Shown here one piece after another: positions 54,826 to 63,788 of a stretch of DNA of 63,788 nt. The stretch lies in NCBI GenBank assembly GCA_039931435.1, contig JBDTRY010000002.1:1-63788 (forward strand), given 5' to 3'. Positions within the stretch are counted from its first letter, which is position 1; every line of letters begins with the position of its first letter. The position numbers and the translations under genes are program-made. Source of the DNA: Acidobacteriota bacterium. GTDB taxonomy: Bacteria > Acidobacteriota > Thermoanaerobaculia > Gp7-AA8. The notes below the pieces were generated by a model. That model was not told the origin of the DNA and did not search any database. It saw nothing but the letters and a program-made list of their open reading frames with translations.

Positions 54826-55851
54826 ATGACCTTCGATCCCGACGCTGCAGGCGCTCCCGATTCCGGAGTGTACGGACTACCGTTCAAGCCGGAGGAGGCG
54901 CGCGTAGTCATCGTTCCCGTTCCCTTCGAGGCCACCACCTCCTACGGAGGCGGAGCGGCTGCGGGTCCCGCCGCCGTTCTCAATGCCTCTCGCCAGGTCG
55001 ACCTTTTCGACCGCGAAACAGGCAAGCCGTACGAGCAGGGCATCGCCATGCTGGCCATTCCCGAGATGGTGATCGCCTGGAACGACGAGGGCAAGGCTCT
55101 GGCCGCTCCCATCGTCGAAGCCGGTGGGGTGCGCGACGAATCGGAGCGGGCAATCGCGGCGAAGGTGGATGAGCTGGGGGATCGCCTCAACGATTGGGTT
55201 TACAGAACGACCCACGAACTTCTGGCCATGGGTAAGCTGGTGGTCACTCTGGGAGGCGACCACTCCGTGCCCTTCGGATCGATTCGTGCGCATGCCGAAC
55301 AGTTCCCGGGAATGGGAATTCTTCACCTCGATGCTCACGCCGATCTTCGCCACCGATACGAGGGATTTCACTGGTCCCATGCCTCGATCTTCAACAATGT
55401 CATCCGTGAGATTCCGGACGTCGGGAAACTGGTGCAGGTGGGCGTCCGGGACATCGGCCGTGCCGAGTTCGAAATGATCGAGCAGTCCGGCGGAAAGATC
55501 GTCACCTGGTTCGATCCCGATATCGCGTCCGAAAAGGATCGTGGAACGCCGTTTGCGGAAATTGCTGACCGCATCGTGGCCGGGCTTCCCGGCGACGTCT
55601 ATCTCTCCTGGGACATCGACGGTCTGGATCCGACGCTCTGTCCGCACACGGGAACGCCTGTTCCCGGTGGCCTTTCCTGGCACGAGGCGATCTCACTTCT
55701 GCGGGCGGTGGTACGTTCAGGACGGAGAATCGTAGGCCTCGATCTCTGCGAAGTCTCTCCCGGTGACACGGAGTGGGATGCCAACGTCGGGGCGCGCCTT
55801 CTGTACAAGATGATCGGGTTCGCTCTCCTCTCAACGGACCATACGCGATGA
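54826..55851 (+). CDS. Agmatinase/arginase-family ureohydrolase
   Basis: GGDHSV, LDAHADL and SWDIDGLDP manganese-ligand motifs. Confidence 0.88.
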   Translation: MTFDPDAAGAPDSGVYGLPFKPEEARVVIVPVPFEATTSYGGGAAAGPAAVLNASRQVDLFDRETGKPYEQGIAMLAIPEMVIAWNDEGKALAAPIVEAGGVRDESERAIAAKVDELGDRLNDWVYRTTHELLAMGKLVVTLGGDHSVPFGSIRAHAEQFPGMGILHLDAHADLRHRYEGFHWSHASIFNNVIREIPDVGKLVQVGVRDIGRAEFEMIEQSGGKIVTWFDPDIASEKDRGTPFAEIADRIVAGLPGDVYLSWDIDGLDPTLCPHTGTPVPGGLSWHEAISLLRAVVRSGRRIVGLDLCEVSPGDTEWDANVGARLLYKMIGFALLSTDHTR

Positions 55852-55865
55852 CAGGGAGAATTCAT

Positions 55866-55896
55866 AAAGCGAAAAAGCCTCGCGGTGGCGAGGCTC
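55866..55896 (-). terminator. Rho-independent terminator of the cold-shock gene
   Basis: Minus strand: AGCCTCGCcaccGCGAGGCT followed by TTTTTCGCTTT, 25 nt after the csp stop. Confidence 0.85.
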
Positions 55897-55920
55897 GGTG
55901 ATTCGACCTCAAAGGTTCTG

Positions 55921-56127
55921 TCAGACCGCGGTGACGTTGGTTGCCTGCAGGCCTTTCGGGCCCTGGGTGACGTCGTATTCCACCGCTGCGCCTTCCTTCA
56001 GGGTCTTGAATCCGTCGCCCTGAATGGCTGAATAATGGACGAACAGTTCTTCGCCATTGGCACCCGTTATGAAGCCGTACCCTTTGGCCTCGTTGAACCA
56101 CTTGACGCTTCCGGACTCTCTCATCAA
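55921..56127 (-). CDS. Cold-shock protein (CspA family)
   Basis: [16 protein letters not shown] (RNP1) and FVHYSAI (RNP2). AAGGAG lies 7 nt upstream of the ATG. About 165 nt of upstream non-coding sequence is consistent with a long csp leader. Confidence 0.93.
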   Translation of the reverse strand: MMRESGSVKWFNEAKGYGFITGANGEELFVHYSAIQGDGFKTLKEGAAVEYDVTQGPKGLQATNVTAV

Positions 56128-56294
56128 CGCTCTCCTTTGCGAACGTGAGGCCTCGCCTCGCCGGCAGCCGGCACGTCGCCTGACGTGGCAGGTTCGGCTG
56201 CCAAACCAGATCTGCTAACTGCGCAAAACCTGGCTTCATTCCAAAACTGCACGTAAAAGTTATTGATGAGTACGCCGGTAGGTACGCTGCAGGA

Positions 56295-56762
56295 TCAGCC
56301 CTGCGACTCAGCCTGAACGGCCAGCTTCGCTGCGATCATTACGTGGTGTTCCAGACCCAGAAGGTCGGCCAGCTTTCGCACCAGATAGTTCTCATACTGA
56401 TGCAGTTGGCCGTCAGAGTAGACCATTCTCCACATCGTCTTCACGATCTCGATCCGCTCGTCTAGGGTGGTGGTGCCTCGGATGAGGTTTGTGAGGTTCC
56501 AGTGATCGATGGTGTTGCTTCGCATCTCATCTGCGGACTCGATCAATTCTCGCGCATCCGTTCCGGAGATACCGAAGCGTTGCTCGAGAAAGGTGAGGAG
56601 GCCTTTCTGCTCTTCATTCGAGAACGAGTCGTCGGCGTACGCGATTTCCAGGAGGATGGCGGCAGTAGCCAGCTGCACCTGGCGCGCGGGATCGGCGTCG
56701 GATTCCTGATGGATGCCGCCGAAGGCGTTTCCCAGCAGCTTCCGGATTGAATCGAGTGACAT
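56295..56762 (-). CDS. TerB-family (tellurite-resistance TerB / DjlA N-terminal-like) protein
   Basis: LATAAILLEIAYADDSFSNEEQKGL...IVKTMWRMVYSDGQLHQYENYLVRKLADLLGL is the typical TerB two-repeat helical pattern. Confidence 0.75.
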   Translation of the reverse strand: MSLDSIRKLLGNAFGGIHQESDADPARQVQLATAAILLEIAYADDSFSNEEQKGLLTFLEQRFGISGTDARELIESADEMRSNTIDHWNLTNLIRGTTTLDERIEIVKTMWRMVYSDGQLHQYENYLVRKLADLLGLEHHVMIAAKLAVQAESQG

Positions 56763-56861
56763 AGTCCTAGTTTACTTCTCAGGCGCTGATTTCGAATGTG
56801 GAAGAATGCAGCGACCGCCTTCTGTTGTGTGCTTCGAAGAGATAGTGAACCGGAGGATTGG

Positions 56862-57377
56862 ATGCCAGTGACTGCAATGAAGAACCTGCCTGACGATGCC
56901 CACGTGTGGATCTTTGGAGCGTCGTCGGCCCTCAATCCGGAGCAGTCCGAGGTCCTCCTGCGCGCCGTTGAAGAATTTCAGAGAAACTGGGCGGCCCATG
57001 GAGCACCGCTGACGACAGCGGGAGATCTTCGCGATCAGAGATTTCTCGTCGTCGCCGTCGAGCCTTCGGTCGATCCATCGGGATGCTCGATCGATCGCTT
57101 GTTCAAACTTCTGCAGTCGCTGAGCGGCGAACTCGGGATCTCCCTTGTCGATTCCGGATCGATTTTTTATCGGGACGACCGGGGCGAGGTTCAGGCTGCG
57201 ACGCGGGACGAGTTCCGAAACCTGGCGCAGCGTGGTGCGGTGACCGGGGAATCAATCGTCTTCGACAACGCGGTGCAGACGCTCGGCGACCTTCGCCATG
57301 GGCGATGGGAGAGACCCGCATCGCAGTCGTGGCACGGCCGGTTGATGGCGCCCGCCGGCGCATTCGTCAGCACCTGA
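56862..57377 (+). CDS. Conserved hypothetical protein (family often mis-annotated 'ABC transporter ATPase' in Bacteroidota)
   Basis: VWIFGAS....EEFQRNWAAHGAPL...RFLVVAVE...PSGCSIDRLF matches, from memory, the VWIYQS..W.AHG..L...SGCSIDS pattern of that family. Start is ATG 56862 or 56877. Confidence 0.6.
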   Translation: MPVTAMKNLPDDAHVWIFGASSALNPEQSEVLLRAVEEFQRNWAAHGAPLTTAGDLRDQRFLVVAVEPSVDPSGCSIDRLFKLLQSLSGELGISLVDSGSIFYRDDRGEVQAATRDEFRNLAQRGAVTGESIVFDNAVQTLGDLRHGRWERPASQSWHGRLMAPAGAFVST

Positions 57378-57484
57378 AGCTTCTCGAGGCCGCTCGCGCC
57401 GTCGGCATCGGGCCGTCACGGGCCATGATGCGTTCGCCGTTGTTCACCGGGCTGTCGCCCGGCTCGCGTCGGTCGTGAAGAGTC

Positions 57485-60400
57485 CTACGAACCCGCCTCC
57501 AGCGCCATTTCCACGATCGCTTTCTGCTGCTCCTCGTGGCGATGGTGGGACCCGGTGGCCGGTGAAGCGCTGAAGGGACGTCCGACATACTTCAGGGTCT
57601 GCCCCTGGCGAAGCGCACCGATCAAACGTTCGTCGATGAAGTCCCAGCCTCCCATGTTGCGCGGTTCCTCCTGCACCCACACAACCTCGGTGGCGTTCGC
57701 ATAGCGGGCCAGAACGCCCCGCAGAAGTGCGTCGGGCCAGGGGTAGAACTGCTCCAGCCGCAAAACAGCAACGTGGCCAGCATTCCGCTCCGTGCGGGCG
57801 GAGTCCAGTTCGTAGAAGATTTTTCCGGACGTGATCAATATTCGCGACACTGCGCCGCGGTCCGTTTCGGCGTCGGCGCCGAAACGAGGATCGTCGAGGA
57901 CCGGCTCAAATCTGCCCTCGAGCAGCTCCTGTACGGAGGAGACCGCCCGCGGATGCCGGAGCAGCGACTTCGGCGTCATGATTACGAGCGGCTTGCGTGG
58001 GTTCGTCTGCATCTGTCTGCGCAGGACGTGAAAGTACTGCGCGGGCGTGGTGGCGTTGACGACGAACATGTTTCCCTCGGCACTGAGGATGAGGAAACGT
58101 TCCAGTCGGGCGCTGGAGTGCTCCGGCCCCTGACCTTCGTATCCGTGGGGGAGCAGAAGAACCACACCGCTGTGCTGTCCCCACTTTTCCTCGGCACTGG
58201 TGATGAACTGGTCGATGACAATCTGAGCGCCGTTCATGAAATCCCCGAACTGCGCTTCCCAGAGGACGAGCGTGTTCGGGTCGGCCACTGAGTAGCCGTA
58301 TTCGAACCCCAGTACGCCGTACTCCGAAAGCAGCGAATCGTACACGGAGAAGTTCACTGCCGCTCCATTCCCCATCGCCTCAGCGCGGATGGCGTCGAGC
58401 TGCTCCGGGGGAACGATGTCCGGCTCCTCCATGGCGTAGCCCTGATCGCTGGCCAGCAGGTTCAGTGGCGTGAAACGGGCGCCGCTGCCGAAATCGAAAA
58501 GGACCGCGTGCCGTTGCGAGAATGTTCCTCTGCCGCTGTCCTGGCCGCTGAGTCGTACTCGAAATCCGTCCATGAGCAGCGTGCCGAAAGCCAGGGCCTC
58601 GGCGGTGGCCCAGTCCAGCGATTGGGCGCCGGAGACCATGGCCTTCCGCTTCTCGATCAGACCGCGGAGCTTGGGATGAATGGTGAATCCCTCGCGGAGG
58701 GTCGTGATTGCTTCACCCACCTTCTGCAGCGTTTCCGTGTTCACGCTCGTGTCGACAGACGGTGAATTCTGATAGCCGGTCACATCCTCGTCGGTCCAGA
58801 GAGGAGCGGATTGAACGGGTGGGGGAGAATCCGACTCACGGGTGCGGTCGAAGGCCTCCTGCAGCTTCTGCTGGAACGCCTCCAGCCATCGCTCAGCCTC
58901 CTCAGGATCGAGATCCCCTTTGCGCAACAGCGTTTCCGTGTACAGCTTTCGGACAGATCGATGTTCCTTGATCAGCTTGTACATCCGCGGCTGGGTCAGG
59001 GAGGGCTCGTCACCCTCGTTGTGTCCATGCCGCCGGTAGCAGACCATGTCGATCACTACGTCCTTCTTGAACTCCTGTCGGAAGCGATAGGCAAGCGTGG
59101 CCGCCCGGATGCAGGCTTCGGGATCGTCGCCGTTCACATGAAAGATCGGCGCCTGGACCATCTTGGCCACATCTGTTGCGTAGGTGGTTGATCGTGCCGC
59201 TTCCGAGCCCGTGGTGAATCCGATCTGATTGTTGATCACGAAGTGGATGGTGCCGCCGGTCTTGTATCCACGAAGCTGCGAGAAATTCAGAGTCTCGGCC
59301 ACGACTCCCTGACCGGCGAATGCCGCGTCACCGTGAATGAGAAGTGGGATGACGCGCGAGCGGCTGAAATCGTTGCTGAGCTTCTGCTTCGAGCGCACCA
59401 TGCCTTCCACGATCGGATCGACGGCTTCGAGATGGCTCGGATTCGAAGCCAGGGTGATGTCCAGGTCCCGGCCATCGGTGGTGGTGTGCGTACCTTCGGC
59501 GCCGAGGTGATATTTGACGTCGCCCGATCCCTGGGTGGTGTTCGGATCGATGTCGCCCTCGAACTCATGAAAGATCTTCTCGTAGGATTTTCCGAGGATG
59601 TTCGCCAGCACGTTCAGGCGGCCGCGGTGAGCCATCCCCATGACTACTTCCTCGACGGCGTCCTGTCCGCAGAGATTGAGGATGTGATCCAGAAGGGGAA
59701 TGGCAGTCTCCGCTCCCTCCATCGAGAAGCGCTTGTGACCGACGTACTTGGTGTGCAGGAAACGTTCGAAGGCTTCGGCGTCGTTGAGCTTCACGAGGAT
59801 GCGGCGCTTCAGCGCGCCGTCGAGCGGGGCGGAGTTCCGGGTCGGTTCCATCTGATCCTGCAGCCACTTCTTCTGCACTGGATCCTGGATGTGCATGTAT
59901 TCAGCGCCGAGCCGGCTGCAATACGTCTGACGGAGGGTATCGAGGATGTCGCGCAGTTTGCTGGAGCTGTTTCCGCACAGGCCTCCGCAGAGGAATTCCC
60001 GGTCGAGGTCCCAGATCGTCAGGCCCCAGGAGGCAAGGTTCAGTTCCGAATGATGTCCGACCTTGTATTCAAGAGGGTCGAGATCCGCAAGCAGGTGACC
60101 GCGGACGCGGTAGACGTTGATCAGCTGCAGAACGGCCGCCTCTCTCCGGATCGATTCGTCCCGATGCGAGTTGAGCACCGAGGACCTCCGATCCATTGAC
60201 CAGTGTTCCGGCTCGTACGGGATGCGCAGGTCGCGAAAGATTTCCGTGTAAAAGCCGTCCTCGCCGATGAGCAGGCTGTGAATCTTCGCCAGGAACGCTC
60301 CGGACTCCGCCCCCTGAATGATTCTGTGGTCGTAGGTGCTGGTAATGGTCATGACCTTGGAGATTCCAAGGTCGGCCAGAGTCATGGGGTCCGCTGCTGA

Positions 60401-61294
60401 ATACTCGGCCGGGTAGTCGATCTGTCCGGTGGCTACGATGGTGCCCTGAGACTCCATCAGCCGCGGAATTGACGAGACGGTCCCGATCGTGCCGGGGTTG
60501 GTCAGCGAGATCGATGTGCCTTCGAAGTCGGCAATCTCCAGACTGTTATTCCGGGCCTTGCGCACCAGATCGTTGTAGTTTTTCAGGAAGCCGGCGAAGT
60601 CGAGTGTCTCTGCGTTCTTCACGTTTGGAACGACCAGAGAGCGGGAGCCATCCTTCTTCTCCACGTCGATGGCCAGACCGAGGTTGACACGATCGCGATC
60701 GATACGCGCCGGCTGACCGTCGTTCATGACGAACGACGAGTTCATTCGCGGGAAATCTTTCAGGGCTTTGACGATGGCCCAGCCGATGACATGGGTGTAG
60801 GACGCTTTCGGCTGACCGACCATGGCCAGGTGCGCGTTGATCGTGCGCCGGTTCTCCTCGAGCACTTTTACCGGCAGCACCCGTACCGAGGTGGCGGTGG
60901 GCACGCTCAGCGAGCTCTCCATGTTCTGAACGATGCGTGAGGCTACTCCGCGGAGCGGAACGACCTTCTGTGCGGCCTCTTCGGCTACGCTCCCCGTTTC
61001 ACTGCTGACTGGGGCGGCCGGCGGCGTCTTCGGGGAGGACACTGCGGCCGTGCTGGGGGCAGGAGCCGGTGCCGAGGGAAGCGATACGTGGCGGGCCATC
61101 GGCGCGGCCGCGGCCTGCGTTTGGGCCAGCGACTCTTCCAGTTCGTCGATGTAGGCATCTTCCGGTCGCGCTGGCGCGTACCCCTCGAAGAATTCACGCC
61201 AGTTGGCGCTCACCGAGGATGGATCGTGAAGGTACTTCTCGTGAAGCTCCTCGATGAAGGCGAAATTTGCACCGTAAGAGTAAGACGTGGTCAT
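57485..61294 (-). CDS. kgd: Kgd/OdhA-type multifunctional 2-oxoglutarate dehydrogenase E1 with fused E2-like succinyltransferase domain
   Basis: E1o N-terminus ANFAFIEELHEKYLHDPSSVSANWREFF. Ala/Pro linker. E2 catalytic domain ending TSTYDHRIIQGAESGAFL. Then a full E1o ThDP domain. 1269 aa, with no lipoyl domain. Confidence 0.92.
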   Translation of the reverse strand: MTTSYSYGANFAFIEELHEKYLHDPSSVSANWREFFEGYAPARPEDAYIDELEESLAQTQAAAAPMARHVSLPSAPAPAPSTAAVSSPKTPPAAPVSSETGSVAEEAAQKVVPLRGVASRIVQNMESSLSVPTATSVRVLPVKVLEENRRTINAHLAMVGQPKASYTHVIGWAIVKALKDFPRMNSSFVMNDGQPARIDRDRVNLGLAIDVEKKDGSRSLVVPNVKNAETLDFAGFLKNYNDLVRKARNNSLEIADFEGTSISLTNPGTIGTVSSIPRLMESQGTIVATGQIDYPAEYSAADPMTLADLGISKVMTITSTYDHRIIQGAESGAFLAKIHSLLIGEDGFYTEIFRDLRIPYEPEHWSMDRRSSVLNSHRDESIRREAAVLQLINVYRVRGHLLADLDPLEYKVGHHSELNLASWGLTIWDLDREFLCGGLCGNSSSKLRDILDTLRQTYCSRLGAEYMHIQDPVQKKWLQDQMEPTRNSAPLDGALKRRILVKLNDAEAFERFLHTKYVGHKRFSMEGAETAIPLLDHILNLCGQDAVEEVVMGMAHRGRLNVLANILGKSYEKIFHEFEGDIDPNTTQGSGDVKYHLGAEGTHTTTDGRDLDITLASNPSHLEAVDPIVEGMVRSKQKLSNDFSRSRVIPLLIHGDAAFAGQGVVAETLNFSQLRGYKTGGTIHFVINNQIGFTTGSEAARSTTYATDVAKMVQAPIFHVNGDDPEACIRAATLAYRFRQEFKKDVVIDMVCYRRHGHNEGDEPSLTQPRMYKLIKEHRSVRKLYTETLLRKGDLDPEEAERWLEAFQQKLQEAFDRTRESDSPPPVQSAPLWTDEDVTGYQNSPSVDTSVNTETLQKVGEAITTLREGFTIHPKLRGLIEKRKAMVSGAQSLDWATAEALAFGTLLMDGFRVRLSGQDSGRGTFSQRHAVLFDFGSGARFTPLNLLASDQGYAMEEPDIVPPEQLDAIRAEAMGNGAAVNFSVYDSLLSEYGVLGFEYGYSVADPNTLVLWEAQFGDFMNGAQIVIDQFITSAEEKWGQHSGVVLLLPHGYEGQGPEHSSARLERFLILSAEGNMFVVNATTPAQYFHVLRRQMQTNPRKPLVIMTPKSLLRHPRAVSSVQELLEGRFEPVLDDPRFGADAETDRGAVSRILITSGKIFYELDSARTERNAGHVAVLRLEQFYPWPDALLRGVLARYANATEVVWVQEEPRNMGGWDFIDERLIGALRQGQTLKYVGRPFSASPATGSHHRHEEQQKAIVEMALEAGS

Positions 61295-61388
61295 TGACTA
61301 TCCTTTTTCTGCGTCGGTGTTCCGGCGGATCCATTAGAACAAATCTTTTGCGGCCGTGATTCATTCTCGCGGGTCGGGTTTCGGCGAT

Positions 61389-62096
61389 TCAGCCGCGCTC
61401 GGCCCGGTCCCCTTCGATGAGGGCGAGCGAGAGGGAGGTCAGCCCCAGCCACCCCAGGCCGGCCGCGAAACCGGCAAGAACATCGGAAGGGAAGTGAACG
61501 CCAAAGTAAACTCGTGAGACACCCACGCTGAGGATGGTCACACCGGCCACGGCCTGAGCGCAGACCTGTTTCGCCAGGCCCTCGTCGTAAACGAGATGAT
61601 GGGCGATGATCGGAAATGTGGCCGCGGCCAGAAGGGAATGTCCGCTGGGAAAACTGTGGGACTTCGGCAGGCGGATCAGCCTGCGCAGTTGCTGGGGCCT
61701 CTGCCGCCGGAAGATGTTTTTGAGAATCGTGTTGATGGCCATGGCTCCACCCGTGCTGACCACCACGGTCAATGCCTCACCGGGCTTATGGCGTTTCATC
61801 ATCATCAGAGCAGTGAGTCCAGCGCCCGTACCGACGGCGATGTGCGTACCCATGTAGGTCGCCAGCCTCATCACCTCGTCGGCACGTTTCGAGCTCAGGC
61901 TCTGCGTGGCGTGGAGAATTCTGATGTCGAGGGCGTCCGCCTTTCCGGCCACGACTCGATCGGCCTGACGCTGAAAAAACCAGAAGGCCAGGGATGACAT
62001 CACTACGCCTCCGGTCATTCCGATTATCTGAGGAAGAAACGTCCCTTTCGATTTCCCCGCCTGCTTCGCCTTGCCGCGACGTTTTTTCTCTTTCAT
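61389..62096 (-). CDS. PAP2-family membrane phosphatase
   Basis: KNIFRRQRP, PSGHS and SRVYFGVHFPSD, the three PAP2 motifs. Confidence 0.88.
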   Translation of the reverse strand: MKEKKRRGKAKQAGKSKGTFLPQIIGMTGGVVMSSLAFWFFQRQADRVVAGKADALDIRILHATQSLSSKRADEVMRLATYMGTHIAVGTGAGLTALMMMKRHKPGEALTVVVSTGGAMAINTILKNIFRRQRPQQLRRLIRLPKSHSFPSGHSLLAAATFPIIAHHLVYDEGLAKQVCAQAVAGVTILSVGVSRVYFGVHFPSDVLAGFAAGLGWLGLTSLSLALIEGDRAERG

Positions 62097-62133
62097 TTAC
62101 GGTTGCCGATCCTATCGACCGCCCTCCTCAGGT

Positions 62134-62997
62134 TCAAAGATTCTTCTCCAGAATGACGAATCGTGCCGCGGGTGAAGCTCCACAGGCGCGTTTGTAAAAA
62201 TCCAGAGCTGCCGCCCAGGCGATAATCGCTTCTCCGAATCCGCGGACCTTCATGTCTCTGAGCGACGCAAGGAGCAGACCACGCCCGAAACCCCGGCCAC
62301 GGGCAGCGCTGCTCACCCCGGTTGGTCCGTACCATGGCAATCCGGCGTTGTTGGCCAGATGCGCGCTGAATCCTACGATCTCACTACCTTCCTCGGCGAT
62401 GAACATCGAGGGCAGAGGGTGTTCGAAGGCGAAGTCTGCCTCGAAGCACCAGCTCCTGCCGAACTCTTCCCTGATGTAATTCGCCACCCGCACACGCTCG
62501 CCAATGTTCGGCCGGCGGATCCTCGACCCGGTGCCCGCATCCGGTCCCTGCGTTTCCAGAAAGCCAAGGTCGGCGCGCAGGTTCACGGCTCGGGCGGGCC
62601 GCGAATAACCAAGCGAATCGAAAAAGGCCAACGATCCGGCGTCCTCCGTCCACACCCCGGGGGTGAAGTAGTTTCCCGGCTCCGCCGCGATCACGACGTT
62701 CGTTTCGCCTGAGGCTGCTGCGCGGCTTTCGACCGCAGCCATCAGTGTGCGACCCAGGCCGCGCCGGCGGGCAGAGGATGCGACTCCGATGAGCCGGACG
62801 AATCGTCCGCATCGAACGACCGCGCCCACAAGCCGGCCCTCCTCGATTGCGCCCAGCACCTCCGCGGCCCCGTCCACCCCGGGACGATCCAGCTTCTCGC
62901 GGATCACCATGTCCAGAGGGTAGGGGGCGTTGCTCGTTCCAGCGAGCAGGGCGGCAAGGTCGTTGCGCGACGAGGAAATCGATTCGACGGTGACCAC
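62134..62997 (-). CDS. Tandem-GNAT N-acetyltransferase (MshD-like two-domain architecture)
   Basis: Two acetyl-CoA motifs: IGVASSARRRGLGRTLM and TGVSSAARGRGFGRGLL. The start is uncertain. I chose GTG 62997, because ORF-track ATG 63126 adds a Pro/Ser/Trp-rich non-coding-looking leader. ATG 62910 is also possible. Confidence 0.7.
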   Translation of the reverse strand: MVTVESISSSRNDLAALLAGTSNAPYPLDMVIREKLDRPGVDGAAEVLGAIEEGRLVGAVVRCGRFVRLIGVASSARRRGLGRTLMAAVESRAAASGETNVVIAAEPGNYFTPGVWTEDAGSLAFFDSLGYSRPARAVNLRADLGFLETQGPDAGTGSRIRRPNIGERVRVANYIREEFGRSWCFEADFAFEHPLPSMFIAEEGSEIVGFSAHLANNAGLPWYGPTGVSSAARGRGFGRGLLLASLRDMKVRGFGEAIIAWAAALDFYKRACGASPAARFVILEKNL

Positions 62998-63215
62998 GCG
63001 GTGCAGTCTAACGTCCCGGTTGGCGAAATCAGGCGCGAAAAAACTAAAAGGCGGGGATGCCGGTAGCGGTGACCATCGCCAGTGTGGACCGGATGTACAG
63101 CAGGGTCCAGCGTGCCGGACATTCATCGACCCTCCGCTAGCGAGAGTCCGTCGATCACACGCGTTGACCGCTGTTCTGGCGCTTCCTTCGCAAGAGACCG
63201 CCGGAGGAGGTTGCC

Positions 63216-63653
63216 ATGGCTGGTGAGATCATCGCTTGTTCTCAGTGCGGGCAGTCAAATCGGGTTCCTTCACTCTCGGAAGGGAAAGCCGCCCTCTGTG
63301 GAAAGTGCCGCGCTCCTCTCGGATCTCCGACTGCCGAGCCCATCACGGCGACCGACTCCGACTTTGCTTCACTGATTTCCGCAGGCGAACCTGTGGTCGT
63401 CGACTTCTGGGCCCCGTGGTGCGGCCCCTGCCGCCAGTTCGCTCCAGTGTTCGAAGCCGTCGCGGAGGAGCGGAAAGGCATTCGATTCGCCAAACTGAAC
63501 GTCGACGAGAACCAACGGACGGCTGCGCGATACCAGGTCTCCAGCATTCCCACGCTGCTTTTCTTCAACGAAGGAGAAGTGGTCGGGCGGCAGGTCGGCG
63601 CTGTCGGGCGCAGCCAATTCGATCAGGTCATCGACAGGTACCTGGGGCAGTGA
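63216..63653 (+). CDS. trxC: Thioredoxin 2-type thioredoxin with N-terminal zinc finger
   Basis: N-terminal CSQCGQSN...CGKC zinc-finger motif plus a WAPWCGPC active site. Confidence 0.9.
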   Translation: MAGEIIACSQCGQSNRVPSLSEGKAALCGKCRAPLGSPTAEPITATDSDFASLISAGEPVVVDFWAPWCGPCRQFAPVFEAVAEERKGIRFAKLNVDENQRTAARYQVSSIPTLLFFNEGEVVGRQVGAVGRSQFDQVIDRYLGQ

Positions 63654-63691
63654 GATCCGAGCAGAGGCTGTTCGATATTCGAAGCCAGGAG

Positions 63692-63788
63692 ATGGCGAAC
63701 TTTCTGAAGAAGCTGGTGCTCGTCGTGGCCACCGTACTCCTCCTCACGCTGTTCTGGTTCGTACGGCACGTACTTCTCCTGATTTTCG
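63692..63788 (+). CDS. 5' end of a membrane protein gene (partial, runs off the window)
   Basis: MANFLKKLVLVVATVLLLTLFWFVRHVLLLIF is a hydrophobic N-terminus. Only 32 codons are visible. Confidence 0.4.
   Translation, partial: MANFLKKLVLVVATVLLLTLFWFVRHVLLLIF

Noticed and set aside
1-63788. A search by eye for tRNA, rRNA, tmRNA, riboswitch or CRISPR signatures.
   Set aside because: No T-loop/acceptor-type patterns, rRNA-like conserved blocks or spacer-repeat arrays were seen. This negative result rests on visual inspection only and should be confirmed with tRNAscan-SE and Infernal/Rfam.

Overview
This is a 63.8-kb high-GC bacterial chromosomal segment. The gene content suggests an Acidobacteriota-like soil bacterium: many Ser/Thr kinases with TPR tails, M56/BlaR1 paralogues, large secreted Ig-repeat proteins, and intergenic repeats of the GTCATYCYGAGCG...GAAGGATC type. 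That taxonomic call is inference only. I support about 47 protein-coding genes, one clear intrinsic terminator, three promoter/operator candidates, one gene remnant and one possibly disrupted gene, and a dispersed family of short palindromic intergenic repeats. I saw no rRNA, tRNA, CRISPR array, transposase or integrase. Housekeeping genes: arfB, xth, rpsA, rof, dnaE, a Kgd/OdhA-type 2-oxoglutarate dehydrogenase, trxC, a cold-shock protein and an agmatinase-family enzyme. Signalling and envelope genes are interleaved with them: a CheB-CheR-PAS-HK-REC fusion, two tandem Ser/Thr kinases, a PP2C phosphatase, a PAS/GAF-GGDEF-EAL protein, a CadC-like regulator and two BlaR1-like M56 proteases. I cannot demonstrate a new system from sequence alone. 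The best candidates are: (1) two giant secreted paralogues at 4241-13452 that share a ~730-aa uncharacterised C-terminal module under different N-terminal heads; (2) a BlaI / sensor-less His-tailed BlaR1 / secreted amidohydrolase-TPR operon at 17984-21133 with two TTGACA-NN-TGTCRA dyads; (3) the composite intergenic repeat family; (4) a two-gene module flanked by 57-bp direct repeats. Coordinates of starts are best guesses, and several ORF-track starts were moved to internal starts.
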